Assembly: GCF_033153115.1 (NCBI RefSeq)
Contig: NW_026889803.1
Location: 14,508,001-14,572,000 of the forward strand
Direction of reading: 5' to 3'
Source of the DNA: Saccostrea echinata
Taxonomy: Eukaryota
Length of the DNA stretch: 64,000 bases
The first letter of the stretch is position 1. Each line of letters begins with the position of its first letter. Shown piece by piece: positions 10,976-23,911 of the stretch. Under the pieces are notes generated by a model. That model was not told the DNA's origin. It searched no databases and worked only from the letters and a program-made list of their open reading frames with translations. Both the position numbers and the translations under genes were made by a program.

Positions 10976-11561
10976 TCACTGTAAAATGTCCAGCAGATGA
11001 AACATAACACTAAGTTTATAATTTGTCTGGCGATGTAGTGTCTGCCTCCTCATCTTTTCCCTCCTCTTCCTCTCTATCTCCTCCCTTCGTTCTCTGGCTT
11101 TTTCTTGCTTTTCTATCATTGCAAGTTCCCTTTTGCCTGAAAAAGTAGATTACATTACAATAGTTCAGAGTAAGTACTGTTCTCAGTCTCTGCCTCTTTG
11201 AAACATCTTTATTATACTGTGTGTGTACTGCATATATACATGTATGAACAGAATAATTGCAGATAGAAAAACCTCTCCTAGAGAAATGCATTAATATAAT
11301 TTCGTGAGATTTTAAAGTGGCCTTACGTTTTAAAGCAACTTCGTCCTCAGTTTCATTTCTCTGAAGCTTTTTGCTCAAAGGCGACGCTGTGGGGCATGTT
11401 GGCTCTCCTCCGCCAATTATCGCAATATCAAAAGCAATGCCACCTCCTGTCACTTTGGCTTTGATTCCATGCTTGTTCAATATCTCTTTGAGTCTCTTTT
11501 GCTGTTTTTTGGTGCGAAAAGTAGGAGGAAAAGGTGCAACTTTACTGTTGAAGCAACCCAT
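10976..11561 (-). CDS. Small two-exon stathmin-like (STMND1-like) protein, 131 aa, copy A
   Basis: Exons 11561-11327 and 11136-10976 (GTAAGG donor, TTTTCAG acceptor); MGC N-terminus; GGGIAFDI, SP, then IEKQEKARERREEIE coiled coil; paralog at 19.5-20.1 kb conserves both exons but not the intron; AATAAA downstream. Family assignment is by motif only. Confidence 0.75.
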
Positions 11562-11605
11562 TTTGTTCACTCTGACTTTGTTGTCAGAGGACGTAAAGTT
11601 TATTA

Positions 11606-11613
11606 TGACGTCA
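11606..11613. promoter_or_regulatory. CRE palindrome TGACGTCA upstream of copy A
   Basis: Perfect CRE ~45 bp upstream of the ATG, at the same position in copy B (20156-20163). Confidence 0.5.
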
Positions 11614-11765
11614 TCTTATTGTTACGTTATATATACTGTTGCATCAAACCAATCGGAAATGCTCCATACAATCTAAATGTACGAGATACGAGCCACGCAA
11701 GGAACTCTCGAGTGGCGTCAAATGCGAAATTTTTCAATGTAATAAAGAAAAATGTGTAACTCCAC

Positions 11766-11810
<45 letters not shown>

Positions 11811-12412
11811 AACAACAACAACAACAACAACAACAACAAAAAACATCTGTTACGTCCCCTAAAGGTATCTTCCAGTCCGAAAAAGGCCATTTGCCACAAC
11901 GCTCGCCTGAGTCATTTTGGCTTTCCTTTTTCTCCTCTTTAAAATTTCTCTCTTTAATTTCTTGAAAATTTTGACACCATATTGTGGACCAAAATCCAGC
12001 CTCATGGTAGTCCGATCCTCAGGTTCTGAAAATCAGCAGCTGTGTAATCGAAAATGCTCACAAAAATGTCCTGAATTCACAAAGCAAAATGCAGTGTGTA
12101 TTTACACATGGTATTTCTTCAAAGTTCACCATTAAAGTTAATCATATTATAAAGAGAAAATTATCACATCTAAGATATGTTTTCAGGAAACACGTATAAT
12201 AGCATCAGCTTTGCATTTTCTAATTGAAAATTGACCAACAGATAAATATTAAAGGTATCTAGGCAGTCGGAGAAAATTGCATGTTTTTGGTATTTTAGTT
12301 CTTCTATTTACTTCAATTGTTACCGGGGGTATATAATACATGGTGTAAAAAAATCTTGTGCTTTCATTGCAAGACATCACAGATCACTTTTATAATTTCG
12401 TCTCATGCTAAT

Positions 12413-12692
12413 ACCCAGATAGCAAGCTTACGTTGGGCCAATGCAAGCCCAACGGTGAAAATTACGTTGGCCCTTTGTCAGTTCTATGCGTTGGCCCAAT
12501 ATCATCTTGCTCATCGGCCCAACATTCAAGCAACAAGTTGGCTCGACGTTGGGACAACATTCAACGGTTGGTTATCTTGCATTGGCCCAACGTTTAACTT
12601 CCTGTTTGCCCAATGTTGGTTCAATGTTTTTTAAAGCTAAGAATGAATGTTGGACCAACGTTGGCCCTACGTTCTATAAACATGTTGGCAAA
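12413..12692. repeat. Degenerate ACGTTGGCCCAA-type short repeat cluster, probable DNA transposon end
   Basis: Begins CCCAGATAGCA, followed by about ten variants of CGTTGGCCCAACG. Confidence 0.55.
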
Positions 12693-13404
12693 TGATCGGC
12701 GATTGAATTATTTAAGTTCAACAATATGAATTCCTGTAACCTTTTTATTTCCATAATTACGAGTAAAACACAATTGATTGAATAAATCCTGCATGGTAAA
12801 TTAGCTTGTTCCACAAACAAATGTTTTATTTTTTGTCACTCCTATGGAATGAAATCAACAGAGGGAAATAAAAGTAGTTCAATGTTTTCTCAAGTCTATT
12901 CCATATCACTTCGATCACTATAATATTCCTCTAGAATAAGGGTCACAGTGTTCAAATTTGTGAAACTTTGGAATGTTCTCCTGCTACATATTACTTCTGA
13001 ACCATTCACTCCTTTTTTCCTGTTCATGTTATTGTTTCTTTGTCTGTAAATTCCATGTCTCTCACACTGATAATTGAGGTAAATCGCTCACTGTCTATTA
13101 AATTCCAAACATCAATGGTCTTGTAACACAAAGGGTTTTCTCCCCACCAGATGCTATAAATGATATAAAAAATATATCAGTTTAATCCATTCAAAAATGA
13201 TGTCACTTACTACTTATAAGTTATCATAACTTAACCAGATCTAGTAAATATACATGCATCAGTGGCGTATATTCCTATCTGCTTATGTGTAGGCTAGTGA
13301 GAAGTCAGAGATTTAACCCGAGTGCAAAATGTGGGTAGGCAAAGAGAAGGTCGCCCCCTCTCGATATATAGGGATTTGGGGAAGGGGTGGGATCTTTTTT
13401 GCGA

Positions 13405-13845
13405 AGACATCTACGATTGTCATCTACAATTTGACAAATAAAAATAATATTGTTAACATTTCAGTTTCAGTTTATATCATGATATGAAGACTACTTAAAA
13501 AAATTGAGAACTTTTAACTTATTTTTACTCTACTTAGAAAATATGCAAACTTCCTTACTGAATAATCTAAATACAATCAATGTAATTTCCTACTAACCAA
13601 AACTATAGTTCCAGTAATTGTAGATGACATAGATACGATTGTCGTCTACAATTTGACAAGTGAAAATAATATTGTAAACTTTATTTTTTAGTTTATATCA
13701 TGATATATATGAAGACTACTTAACAAAATTGAGAACTTTTAACTTATTTTTACTCTACTTAGAAAATATGGAAACTTCCTTACTGAATAATCTAAATACA
13801 ATCAATACATTTAATTTCCTACTAACCAAAATATTTATTTCCAGT
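13405..13845. repeat. Tandem duplication of a ~215-bp unit
   Basis: 13405-13615 and 13626-13845 align (TACGATTGTC...TTCCAGT) with small indels. Confidence 0.85.
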
Positions 13846-16408
13846 TATATTAATTTTATTTCCTGCACTTATCATGACCTCCTGTTGCTGTCAGTGATTT
13901 TGAAATTCTCTGGTACAGACTTGATAAAATACTTGAGTTTCGGATTTAAAAAAAATCCCAACTATAGGAAGTTTTGTCATTAAATATATAGTAAAACTGT
14001 CAACGTTGGATAGGTATAAAAGTACGGATTGCTGAGAATGCTATTTTGGCATTTGCAACAAAATAAAATTAATAGATAAGAATAAAAACACAGTGCCATC
14101 CTAAATTTTACCGGCACTTGTTTTATATTAAGACAAGGAAAATAACTCTCTCTCATTGTGTCGAATTCAGTAGTATGGATTACGTATCCTTCTTCTCGAG
14201 TTCCTATTATAAATTGTATTTTATACAAGTATAAGCGTTGGTATCTAAGGCTATATTACATGAAATTCAATTTCTCCAAAAATATTTTCATTTGTGTTCT
14301 TTTATAGGGTAAAGATGTCAACTTTTTACAATACTGTTTCAAGGACTTCAAAGAACCTTGAATCATATATTAAGATGATGAAATGAAATTGTTGCACGAA
14401 AAGATTTCATTTTCAAGCTTCTTTTGAGATTTTTTTAATTAAATAATGATTTTAAGAGTTATCCTTCATAGCTGAGGAGCTGTTGAATCCACAGAACACT
14501 GGGATACATGTACTTCAATAATCAATACGATCAGCACACGACCCTCCTGTTCTGAAGAAGATGTTTTTTTTTCTTTACACATGCATTATTTAAATTTCGA
14601 TCTCTGATTTCGACCCAACTTTATCCCCAGGGCTCATAAATTAAAAAAAAAAAAAAGAATCCACGCAACTTACAATTAAGAATGTTTATTAATATGGTTT
14701 AATGTGGTTTTGTCACTCTTGAAATTTTTTCCTATATACTTTCTTATAAAACTCTGTTTCACCAAGACTGTAAATTGATCTTTTTCATACTCTGCAATAT
14801 ACTGTTGAAGTTTTTTGTTTGTTTGTTTCTGGTTTGTTTGTTTGTAAGCTTTTTGGGTTTGTTTTTTGTTGATTTTGGTTTTGTTTGTTTGTTTGTTTGT
14901 TTTGGGGGGGGGGGAGGGTAGGGGGTTGTTTTGTTTCGTTTTTATAGAAACATTTTTAATTGCCAACAAAATCCTGGATAAATCTTTGCTGCATATCTGT
15001 TTTGGCACCCTAGCTTATATTTTACCTATCTTTATTTTACTCATATTGGTGTTTTCCCAGGTTCCTACATATATGTGAATTGATTAATAACTGGAAATGG
15101 GGAAACGATTGATTGATACATTTGTTGCTGGATTGAGGAGCGAAACGCCTAAAAGTTCCACCTAGTATAGATTGAAAGAAACTAAAGGTAAAATTTTTAT
15201 GAATCGAACTAAACTTGGAGAAGCAGTAGGAAGACAATAATCTTTTTTTTATCTGATGACTCTTCGTGCCCTAACAAATTTCACACTCAAAAAAATCTGT
15301 GTAACATCATGCCAACATTTTGTCTGGCATTAAAAAGCTACACGTGAGAACTGACAAATAGAGTTTTCTGTCATGTTGTAAATTTAAAATTACCGGGTGA
15401 CAGTAAATACAAAATTTACAACATGACATTTCTGTTGATGCTGCAGATTATTTTAATAGATAAATATATATGCAATGAACTGAATGAAATTGAATGACAT
15501 AATCTAATGGCGGGGACCAAAGACTTCCAAACCAAATTGTTTTTTACTAAGCTAGTTAACTTTTGTATTTTCGACAGTGATGAATCTCAATTTCCCATAC
15601 TGAAACTGTAAATAATTAATTTAAATAAATTGATGAATTTCCCATGAGATGGATTTAACCTATATTAAGGTATTATAGGATCCATGCTTCGACGGACCCT
15701 CCCCCCACCCCCATTTCCTGATACCTGGCCATAATCTGACATCATGCATATATTTGAAAATCCACTGTAAAATAAGGTACAATCCTATGCCCCCCCCCCC
15801 CCGTTTAAGGAAAATTAATTCCTGAATTGCTAGTATAACCGATAATTAGAATGACAATCCTTAAATCACAATTTTCGGTGGAATCTCAGGATGATTTTGC
15901 ACTTATAATATTTATTGTGTATATATTTCTTCATCAAATAACATGCTGACTGTACACTGGACCATATCCGTCACACTACCAAAAATTTTGGGTTACAGTA
16001 TGGTATGCAAGCAGCATTCAAAAGTGTCTTAAATTCTTTGTATTCACTCAGCATGGTTTGTATATGTACATAATTATGCAAACATCGTGAACTGGGTCTA
16101 CAACTACTATCTTGAGGCTTTATTCAGCATGTACTTGATCACACCCTCTTAAGAATTTCAAATTGCAGTCTTTTGTGCAGTTTCAAATGAATGAAAAAAA
16201 TCAATTCACTACTCTAATAAAGAAATTTTTACGAAATCGATCTAATGACAAAAGCGTCAGAGTAAGGTAAGCATGACGGGAAGGTTATCAAAATCTTGAT
16301 AAAAAGACTTTAAACATGAATTAGTAGTAGTTATCTGTGCTTGGCATATTAAAGCAGTTACGTCGTAGTTTAAAAGTTCAAGATATCCCTGACGTACAGC
16401 ACATAATT

Positions 16409-17980
16409 ATGGCGGCTTTCATGCATGTTTCTGACAACGAGGATATTAGACTGAAATGTGACACACATAATAATGACTTGCTCCCACTGTTTTGTAGGGA
16501 CTGTAATTGTCATCTCTGCGCCGACTGTGTTACACTTGATCATGCTGGACATAACATTCGTAACGTTTCGGAAGTCGTAGAATTTCATAAGCAGGAACTT
16601 CGAGAAATTCTGTGTCGTGATACATCATCACAGTTTCTTGCAAAACGTTTAAGCCATTTGCAAGAACAACAAAAATCCTTGGCCGTGCATACCGAAAGTC
16701 TGCTACGAAATGTATTAGATCGGGAGGACGAGATTATGGAGAGAGTTAAAATTTGGAGACAGGATATATTTGACAAAATTATATCATTCAGAGAAACTTG
16801 TGAGGCAAATTTGAGGGATGATCAAATTATTATATCTGCTCTACTTCAACACCATGAAAAGAGTCCACAATCAGAACCAGGAAGAACTGAATTAGAACTT
16901 TCGTATCTGTGTTTCCGAGGAAAACATCTATTAACTTCAGAACGTTGCATGACGTCTGATAAAGATATTTCTGATTTATATAGCTTTAATATCGGACCTT
17001 CTGGTGAAGACTTATATGACACTTTTGGAATATTTAGATATGGTTCAGAAGAAGAGTTGTCGTCAGATTCAGTTTCTATTAACAGCAGCAAAGAAGAAGA
17101 AAAAGAAGAATTTTGTGATTGCGAGGACATACAAGGAAAGTATCAAGTTTGCGATAAGTCAATCGAAAATATTGTACCTATGGATAGTTTGAAGTTCTTT
17201 GTCCATAGTTTGAGTAACGTATACCTCTGTTCTTTTCACGGAAGTAAGATTGATACAAAGCTAACTTTGAGCAATGTTTGGCGAATCGCCCTGATACCGT
17301 CAACAGGAGACATACTTTCAATAACGAGCAATCAGAAACAAATAAAACGCATTTCTTTTGAAAGCACAATAACAACGTTTTTAGTTACGGGAGACCTATA
17401 TGATGATGTCAATTCAGGAGGAGACCAGGCATACGCATGCGTTATGTATAAATCAGATATAAACAAAGCGAGGATGGGCTCATGCTTCGTATGCATACAC
17501 CTTTTAAATGAATTTGGAGTGATTTTGAAGACTTTCGAACGTGGTCTTGGATTTGTCTCTTGGAGGTTGTTAAAAACAAATGAAGAAAACAAATTCTATC
17601 TGTCAACCAAAAACAGAACTCAAATATTCGATGGTGTATTGGGCAAATGTACTGCAGTATACAGTGGAGCAGTTGGAAAAGATCCAGGCTTACGATTCCA
17701 TACATGTGACATGATAACCGATAGTAACAACAATGTCTTACTTGCTGTTCAAAATGACAACGCCATTCATTTATTAAACAAAGCATTAAAATTTCAGAAA
17801 CTGTTATTGACTGAAGAAGATGGGCTCCGACTGCCATCTAGTTTAGCGCTAGACAACTTTGGTTATCTCTGGGTGGGATGTGAAGATGGGCAGATACATG
17901 TTGTGAATTATCAATATTTACTGATGACAGATCGATTAGCTAGACTAAAATATAGGAGTGCTAAGGAACACATCTCCTAG
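16409..17980 (+). CDS. Intronless B-box type 2 + coiled-coil + NHL/beta-propeller protein (RING-less TRIM-like)
   Basis: CDTH...FCRDC..HLCADCV..DHAGH B-box, helical region, C-terminal NHL-like repeats (DSNNNVLLA...AIHLLN...GLRLPSSLALDNFGYLWVGC); first ATG in the ORF at 16409. Confidence 0.88.
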   Translation: MAAFMHVSDNEDIRLKCDTHNNDLLPLFCRDCNCHLCADCVTLDHAGHNIRNVSEVVEFHKQELREILCRDTSSQFLAKRLSHLQEQQKSLAVHTESLLRNVLDREDEIMERVKIWRQDIFDKIISFRETCEANLRDDQIIISALLQHHEKSPQSEPGRTELELSYLCFRGKHLLTSERCMTSDKDISDLYSFNIGPSGEDLYDTFGIFRYGSEEELSSDSVSINSSKEEEKEEFCDCEDIQGKYQVCDKSIENIVPMDSLKFFVHSLSNVYLCSFHGSKIDTKLTLSNVWRIALIPSTGDILSITSNQKQIKRISFESTITTFLVTGDLYDDVNSGGDQAYACVMYKSDINKARMGSCFVCIHLLNEFGVILKTFERGLGFVSWRLLKTNEENKFYLSTKNRTQIFDGVLGKCTAVYSGAVGKDPGLRFHTCDMITDSNNNVLLAVQNDNAIHLLNKALKFQKLLLTEEDGLRLPSSLALDNFGYLWVGCEDGQIHVVNYQYLLMTDRLARLKYRSAKEHIS

Positions 17981-19541
17981 TTTTTCTTAATGATTTAAAC
18001 GTCTTTTTATCATAATTGTAATACATGTATACAAACAATAATAACTTTTATATTAAATATAATTGATCTAAAGTTAAACACTATGAAACCTCGCACAGTT
18101 TTGGAGCCGATTTTGTAACGTCAACAAATAAATTGAAGCAATAAAAACTCTTCAATAATATGTATGGATTTTTTTTTTTTTTTGCTTTTGAATGTTAAAT
18201 TTGAATATTGTAAAGTTATGTGCATTAAATTAAAAATTATTAAAAATAAAAATAACATTAAAAATCGTTAATATCAACACTATGCCCGATGAATAAGTTA
18301 TTGACGAAGTTTCATTTGATTAGACTGCAAGAAATTGATATGCAGGAAATGTCTCCAATTTCTTATCTGGAGTTGTTGACTTTTTTTTTGTACAAAAAAA
18401 ACTTTTTTAAAATTATCTAGTCTCCTTCCACATTTCATTTTTCTTTTCTCCGATTCTTATCTCTTCTATTAATTTTTACACGTTTGTTTTTCCCCTAAAA
18501 ACATTCAGTGCTCAAAATGTCATTTTTTGGACGTTTTTTATACGTTGCCTAAGCGTAAAACGTTAAAAAATGAATGCGTAACAAATAACACAAAACATCG
18601 AAATTTTGCTCAGTTAAATGAATAAATAATAATAAATGATTCTACTCTTTAATCATAACAATATTTTTAATTTGCGCATTTCGAAAATAAGATGATTTCT
18701 TTCACAAATCATCTATTTGAAATAGTGACAAACCTAATATCCACAATATACCTCTCTTAAAACAACATTATACATGTACTATAATTCCTTTGAGCCAAAG
18801 TAACAAAATTGACCAGACATCAGATCACTTTTTAGTATAAAGGCTTTACCTCTTCCAAGAAACACTTGCTTACTTTATCATTTGCACATAATATTTATCA
18901 TCTTTATTTTATAAACGGGACATTTTATATAGAAAAATGTCTCACCAAACATTCCAACTGTCATTATTTTTTATTTATTTTATTTTATTTATCTTTTTTT
19001 TTTAAATTCACATGTTAGGAAATTCTACCTATTTTACGAACAGCCGAATTCGGACAGTATTAATCATTTTGTAATGCATTTTGAATGACATCATCACAGG
19101 ACGTCATGGATGCTTGTGCAATTAGCATAAAAACCCAGACAAAACGAAATTACCAACGCTCGACTTTCAGTGTTACGCCAAAATAGTCCGTGCGAGTCGT
19201 ATGTATTCATGGTTATTTCAAACTGATCAAGGATTTTTGCTACAAATCTGTCTTTTTATTCTGTTGGAAATAAACAACTGTCAAGATAACAGATTATTAT
19301 TTAAATGTGTTCTTTTGTAAAAATCTCTTAACTTGGTCATAACCTTTGAGTAAAAAATGGTTCTATACCGTGTGCAAACAGAAAAATTTGACTGTTATAT
19401 TATTAGTACATAAAATCACTGTCAGTAATACTGTTCAAAAACAAAAACAGGCACTTTTTTCCAAAAATAATCTAGAAAATTATTTTATTGATTGATACAT
19501 CAATCGAGAAACAATACTATAGAAAGTGATGCAGATTCGAG

Positions 19542-20115
19542 TCACTGTAAAATGTCCAGCAGATAAAACATAACACTGAGTTTATAATTTGTTCGGCGAT
19601 GTAGTGTCTGCCTCCTCATCTTTTCCTTCCTCTTCCTCTCTATCTCCTCCCTTCGTTCTCTAGCCCTCTCTTGTTTTTCTATCATTGAAAGTTCCCTTTT
19701 GCCTGAAAAAATTAGATTACTCCAAAATAAATACTTCTCTGTCTCTCTGCACATGCATGTGATCACATGCATTTAATATTATATAATTATACTGAATAAT
19801 TTTTGGTTAATATATCTTAAAATCTTGGACCCTCAATGCGGTTACAAATTCGATGTCTACGCAATTTCACGTTGGCCTTACATTTTAAATTAACTTCATC
19901 TTCATCCTCATTTCTCCGAAGCTTTTTGTTCAAAGGCGACGCTGTGGGGCATGTAGGTTCTCCGCCGCCAGTTACTGCAATATCAAACGCAATGCCACCT
20001 CCTTTCACTTTGGCTTTGATTCCATGCTTGTTCAGTATCTTTCGCAGCCTCTTTTGCTGTTTTTGGTGCGAAAATTAGGAGGAAAAGGCGCAACTTTACT
20101 ATTGAAACAACCCAT
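19542..20115 (-). pseudogene. Stathmin-like paralog, copy B, with 1-nt frameshift (pseudogene or assembly error)
   Basis: Exons 20115-19882 and 19702-19542 match copy A; T-run at 20060-20064 has 5 T versus 6 T in copy A, giving a stop at codon 28. Confidence 0.65.
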
Positions 20116-20231
20116 TCTGTTTACTCCGAATTTGTTGTTAACGCAATGCTTACTATGACGTCATCTGAATTGTTACGTCATATGTACTGTTGCGTCAAGA
20201 GAGATATATATGCAAGAATCATCAGCACTGT

Positions 20232-20431
20232 GTTTTTATACCTCTCGAGAATTTTTCACTTATATGGAGATGCCATCACTTGCCGGTGGAGAGCTGTAAA
20301 TTTTGTCCTCTACTCGGCACTTACGGCCATTGTTTATCGTGCCAGCACTTACTGCGACACGGGACCTCGGTTTATACGGTCTCATCCGAAGGACCGGTCT
20401 CCACGTCCCACAGTGGGATTCGAATCCGCAA
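20232..20431 (-). mobile_element. 5'-truncated tRNA-derived SINE
   Basis: Minus strand shows B-box-like GGATTCGAATCCC followed by AAACCGAGGTCCCGTGTCGCAG...GGCACGATAAA, resembling the conserved core of mollusc SINE2 families; absent at copy A. Confidence 0.75.
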
Positions 20432-22344
20432 CAGCACTGTGTTTCATTGCGTCATTTTTCATAATTAAGAGAAATATTTCATACTTAGTATAAACACAAA
20501 TTCACAAATATTTAATTCAAGACACCCTTAACGAAACTTCTAGACTTTCTACATGTATTTTTACAGCAGGACGAATCCCATTGATGTCTACATGAGAAAT
20601 ATTTTATTTCATTTGGATTTTTTACTGGTTTATATTTTTTGTTAAGACATTTGTTATACTTGTCGCCGAGCATTTAAAAAGAGTAGACGAAACTTACATA
20701 GCCTATATACATGTACACGTACATGTATCGGTAAAATATTTAGCTTTAATTTCACGTACATGTACAATAATTCTCCATGAAGTGTTGACTTTGCGTTTAA
20801 AATAATACATTCCTCACGAATTTTTTTTTTTTTTTTTTGTAAAGAAAAGCGAAATAATTTGGAATTTCATATACGACAGCCAACTGCTCACTGCTTACTG
20901 CCAACTGCCACAGCTCATAGATGGTATTGCCTGTTTTGTTATCTTTAATATGCATGCTTGTATAAACCCTATGATGGCAAGAATATTACAATAATAACAC
21001 AAATTGGCGGACGAGAAAGGAATAAATAGGAGGAAGGTATTTCCTCTTAAATACAAAACATCTAATTCCATACACATTTCCTTGCAGACAAATAATTCAG
21101 TAGATTCTATTGACGGGGGGGATTAAAGGTTTATATTACGTCAGAAAAAAATGAGGGGGGGGGGAGGCAAACTTTAGTGGGATCCTGAGTAACTATGCAT
21201 TTATACCAGAAATACTAATGAAAAATCATAATACAAGGCATTTATTTTACTTTATGTAAAAACTTTTGATCTAAGGCAAGAAAGCAATTTTCGTGCGGGG
21301 GGGGGGGGGGGGAACCCAACAGAAATCCCTTGACAAGTAATTTTAAAAAAAGGTCACAGGCGTCATTATTGATGGAGCACTACTGTATAATATATTTTGG
21401 CAATTTATTAGGGACACACACCACCGCCATCACCATCACCTTTTTTACAGATCTTACATTAGTCATTAAAACGATTTAAATAAAACGCATATAAAAATTC
21501 ACGAATACAGGTACATGCAACTTTCATAAGGTAAAAAAGAAACACTAAAAGATGTATTGTTAGATATTTTACCCTAAGCAAAAGTTATGTATAACTATAA
21601 TTTTCAGTAATATTTCTAGTATGGATACATATGGCAACAAATGTTACCCAAGACCTTAGTATCGCATGTGACCCCCCCCCCCCCCGCGTCAGAAAAGCTA
21701 CTGAATTTGTGGGAATTAAATGTTTTGTTTTTAAGTACAGAAATGCTCCTTTTCCCGATTTACTCCTTCCTCGCTTCACAGTTTCAAAATTCCTGAACCC
21801 GCCAATTTTTGTTATTATTGTAAGAACTGAACTACGCACACTAACTCTCGATTCCCGCCTACATTTTACATCCATTTAATTCAATATACATGTTAATGGC
21901 AATTTGGTCATTAAAACTTGTTTGAATGCAAAGAAAACTTCATTAGTAATAGATTAACAATTTTAAAAACCAGTGTCAAAAAATTAATTGCTCTTATTTA
22001 CAACTCCTTTCATAAGGGAATAGAAAATTTTATCAATTGAAATCAGGCTTTAAAACATCACTAGATTTTCAAATACTCATGGAAATGGATAAATGAATCT
22101 TAAATCTCTCCGTATGTTTAAGTTATGTAAAATTTAACAAATCAGAATGATAAAGTACATTTTTGATTTTTTATCTCATTTGAAATTGGTAATAAAATGA
22201 CCATTTTCCTGTTTTTAGTCTTTAAACATTTAAACATACCCCCCCCCCACCCCCACCCCCCAAAAAAACCCTTTGGTATGAATTTGTAAAAAAAAAATAA
22301 AATAACAATTCATAATACCTGTAAATAGGAATTGTTGTTTCACG

Positions 22345-22378
<34 letters not shown>

Positions 22379-23911
22379 TGTTTTGAAAATAATTTTCAGT
22401 TGATTTCTATAGTGAAAAACACGTTTTACCAAATGAAAGATTTATCTCTCTTTGTTTTCCCAAATAAGTTATGTTTTATGAATATTCACGTAAATGAAAA
22501 AATCATTCAAACACTTTTGAAATTGATTTGTAGGTAGTTGGTAGAAAAATATAATCGTTCGCCGTTCATTTCTTGCTTGCAGATAACAGTAAGCAGTTGG
22601 ATGTCGTGTATGGAATTCCATAAAATAACATGATTTTTTCTTTTAGGAAAATAAAATTTACGGTAAAACCCAGGAGCTTCTGGGGGCTTCGCATTTAAAA
22701 TTTAAATTGGACCAGTTCCTGAAATAACATGCGCTAGATAATCTGCATGTATGAAAAACTTCCGTTATTTTCCTCCATCAAAGTTACTATAAATGATCGT
22801 GAAATTTTCATACTTAAAAAAAATAAAGAGAATACGTTGGATATATTTTAAATTCATCCCAGATTAATATTGTTTCTATGTTTTTCTCCTTTGCAACTAG
22901 TCATGAAAATAACGCGCCTCCAAAAAGTATCACCTACCCACAGGCATCGTCGCAAACCACGGCCAAAATGTAGATCCTCTCCCATTCTAGAGCTATATGC
23001 GGACTCCGGACTGTGACCCACAGGAAACAAATTGGTTTTGACATGTTCATATGTCACTTCATCTTTTTCGGGTCTTAACTCTTGAAGTCTTTAGTATGTC
23101 TTTGCTAATGACCAACGGGGTGTTAAAACCTTAACTCAAGGTCGTGTATCAAAGGTCAAAGCCACTATGCTGTGAGGTGCAGGCTTATGTACATGTACGT
23201 AGCTCAGGTATACAGTGTATCTTAGTTTTAATGACCCATGCATTTTATGTCAGAGTCTTGATTCAATGTCATATTTTAAATGTCAGGTCAGTTGACAATC
23301 AGAACGTGAAATCGTGCCCAGGTCAAAAATTTGAAAACGTTGAAGTTAATTTATTAAGACTTGAGTATGTACTTCCCGAAGACAAAAAGATGTTATATGA
23401 CCTTGACTCATTAAAAGTCTTGAAAGGTCATGTCCTCAAAGTTTTACGGTATAATCAGCATGATCAGGATATAAATGCACAATGAGGGATATAAAATTCA
23501 TTTTTTTTTTCAATTTTAAAGCGTTTTTAAAAATCATGTTAAAATTATGCAATCATTTCTATTAGTTTTTTATGGTAATTGTTTGTGTTTTGATACTCAA
23601 AATGGATTAAAACTTTTAACTAAAGTATAAGTATGTCGCATTATAAAACAGTGAATTTAAATAACTAGATGCCCACTTCCTTTTGAACTAAGCGTATATG
23701 TAGGTCAGTGTATTGGGGCTGGCCTTTACATTGAACTTTCAAACTTCATGCCAAAGTTTTAATCTAATTCATGAGCAGATTATCGGGTTTAATAAATGAA
23801 TGATATACATTTTGCATGCGCTAGTAGAATTAATAAGATATTAAAAATATCTAGTTCAAGTGTAAATTAAAACACTAATTCGAGTGAAATGTTTTTAAAA
23901 AACACTTTAAT

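Noticed and set aside
11016-11570. 184-aa single-exon ORF from the track
   Set aside because: It reads through a 190-bp intron that is not conserved in the paralog, and uses the wrong frame in exon 2
14676-15078. ORFs over low-complexity T/G-rich sequence (also 11627-11899, 38276-38470, 44427-44678)
   Set aside because: Products of homopolymer and microsatellite tracts with no domain or splice support
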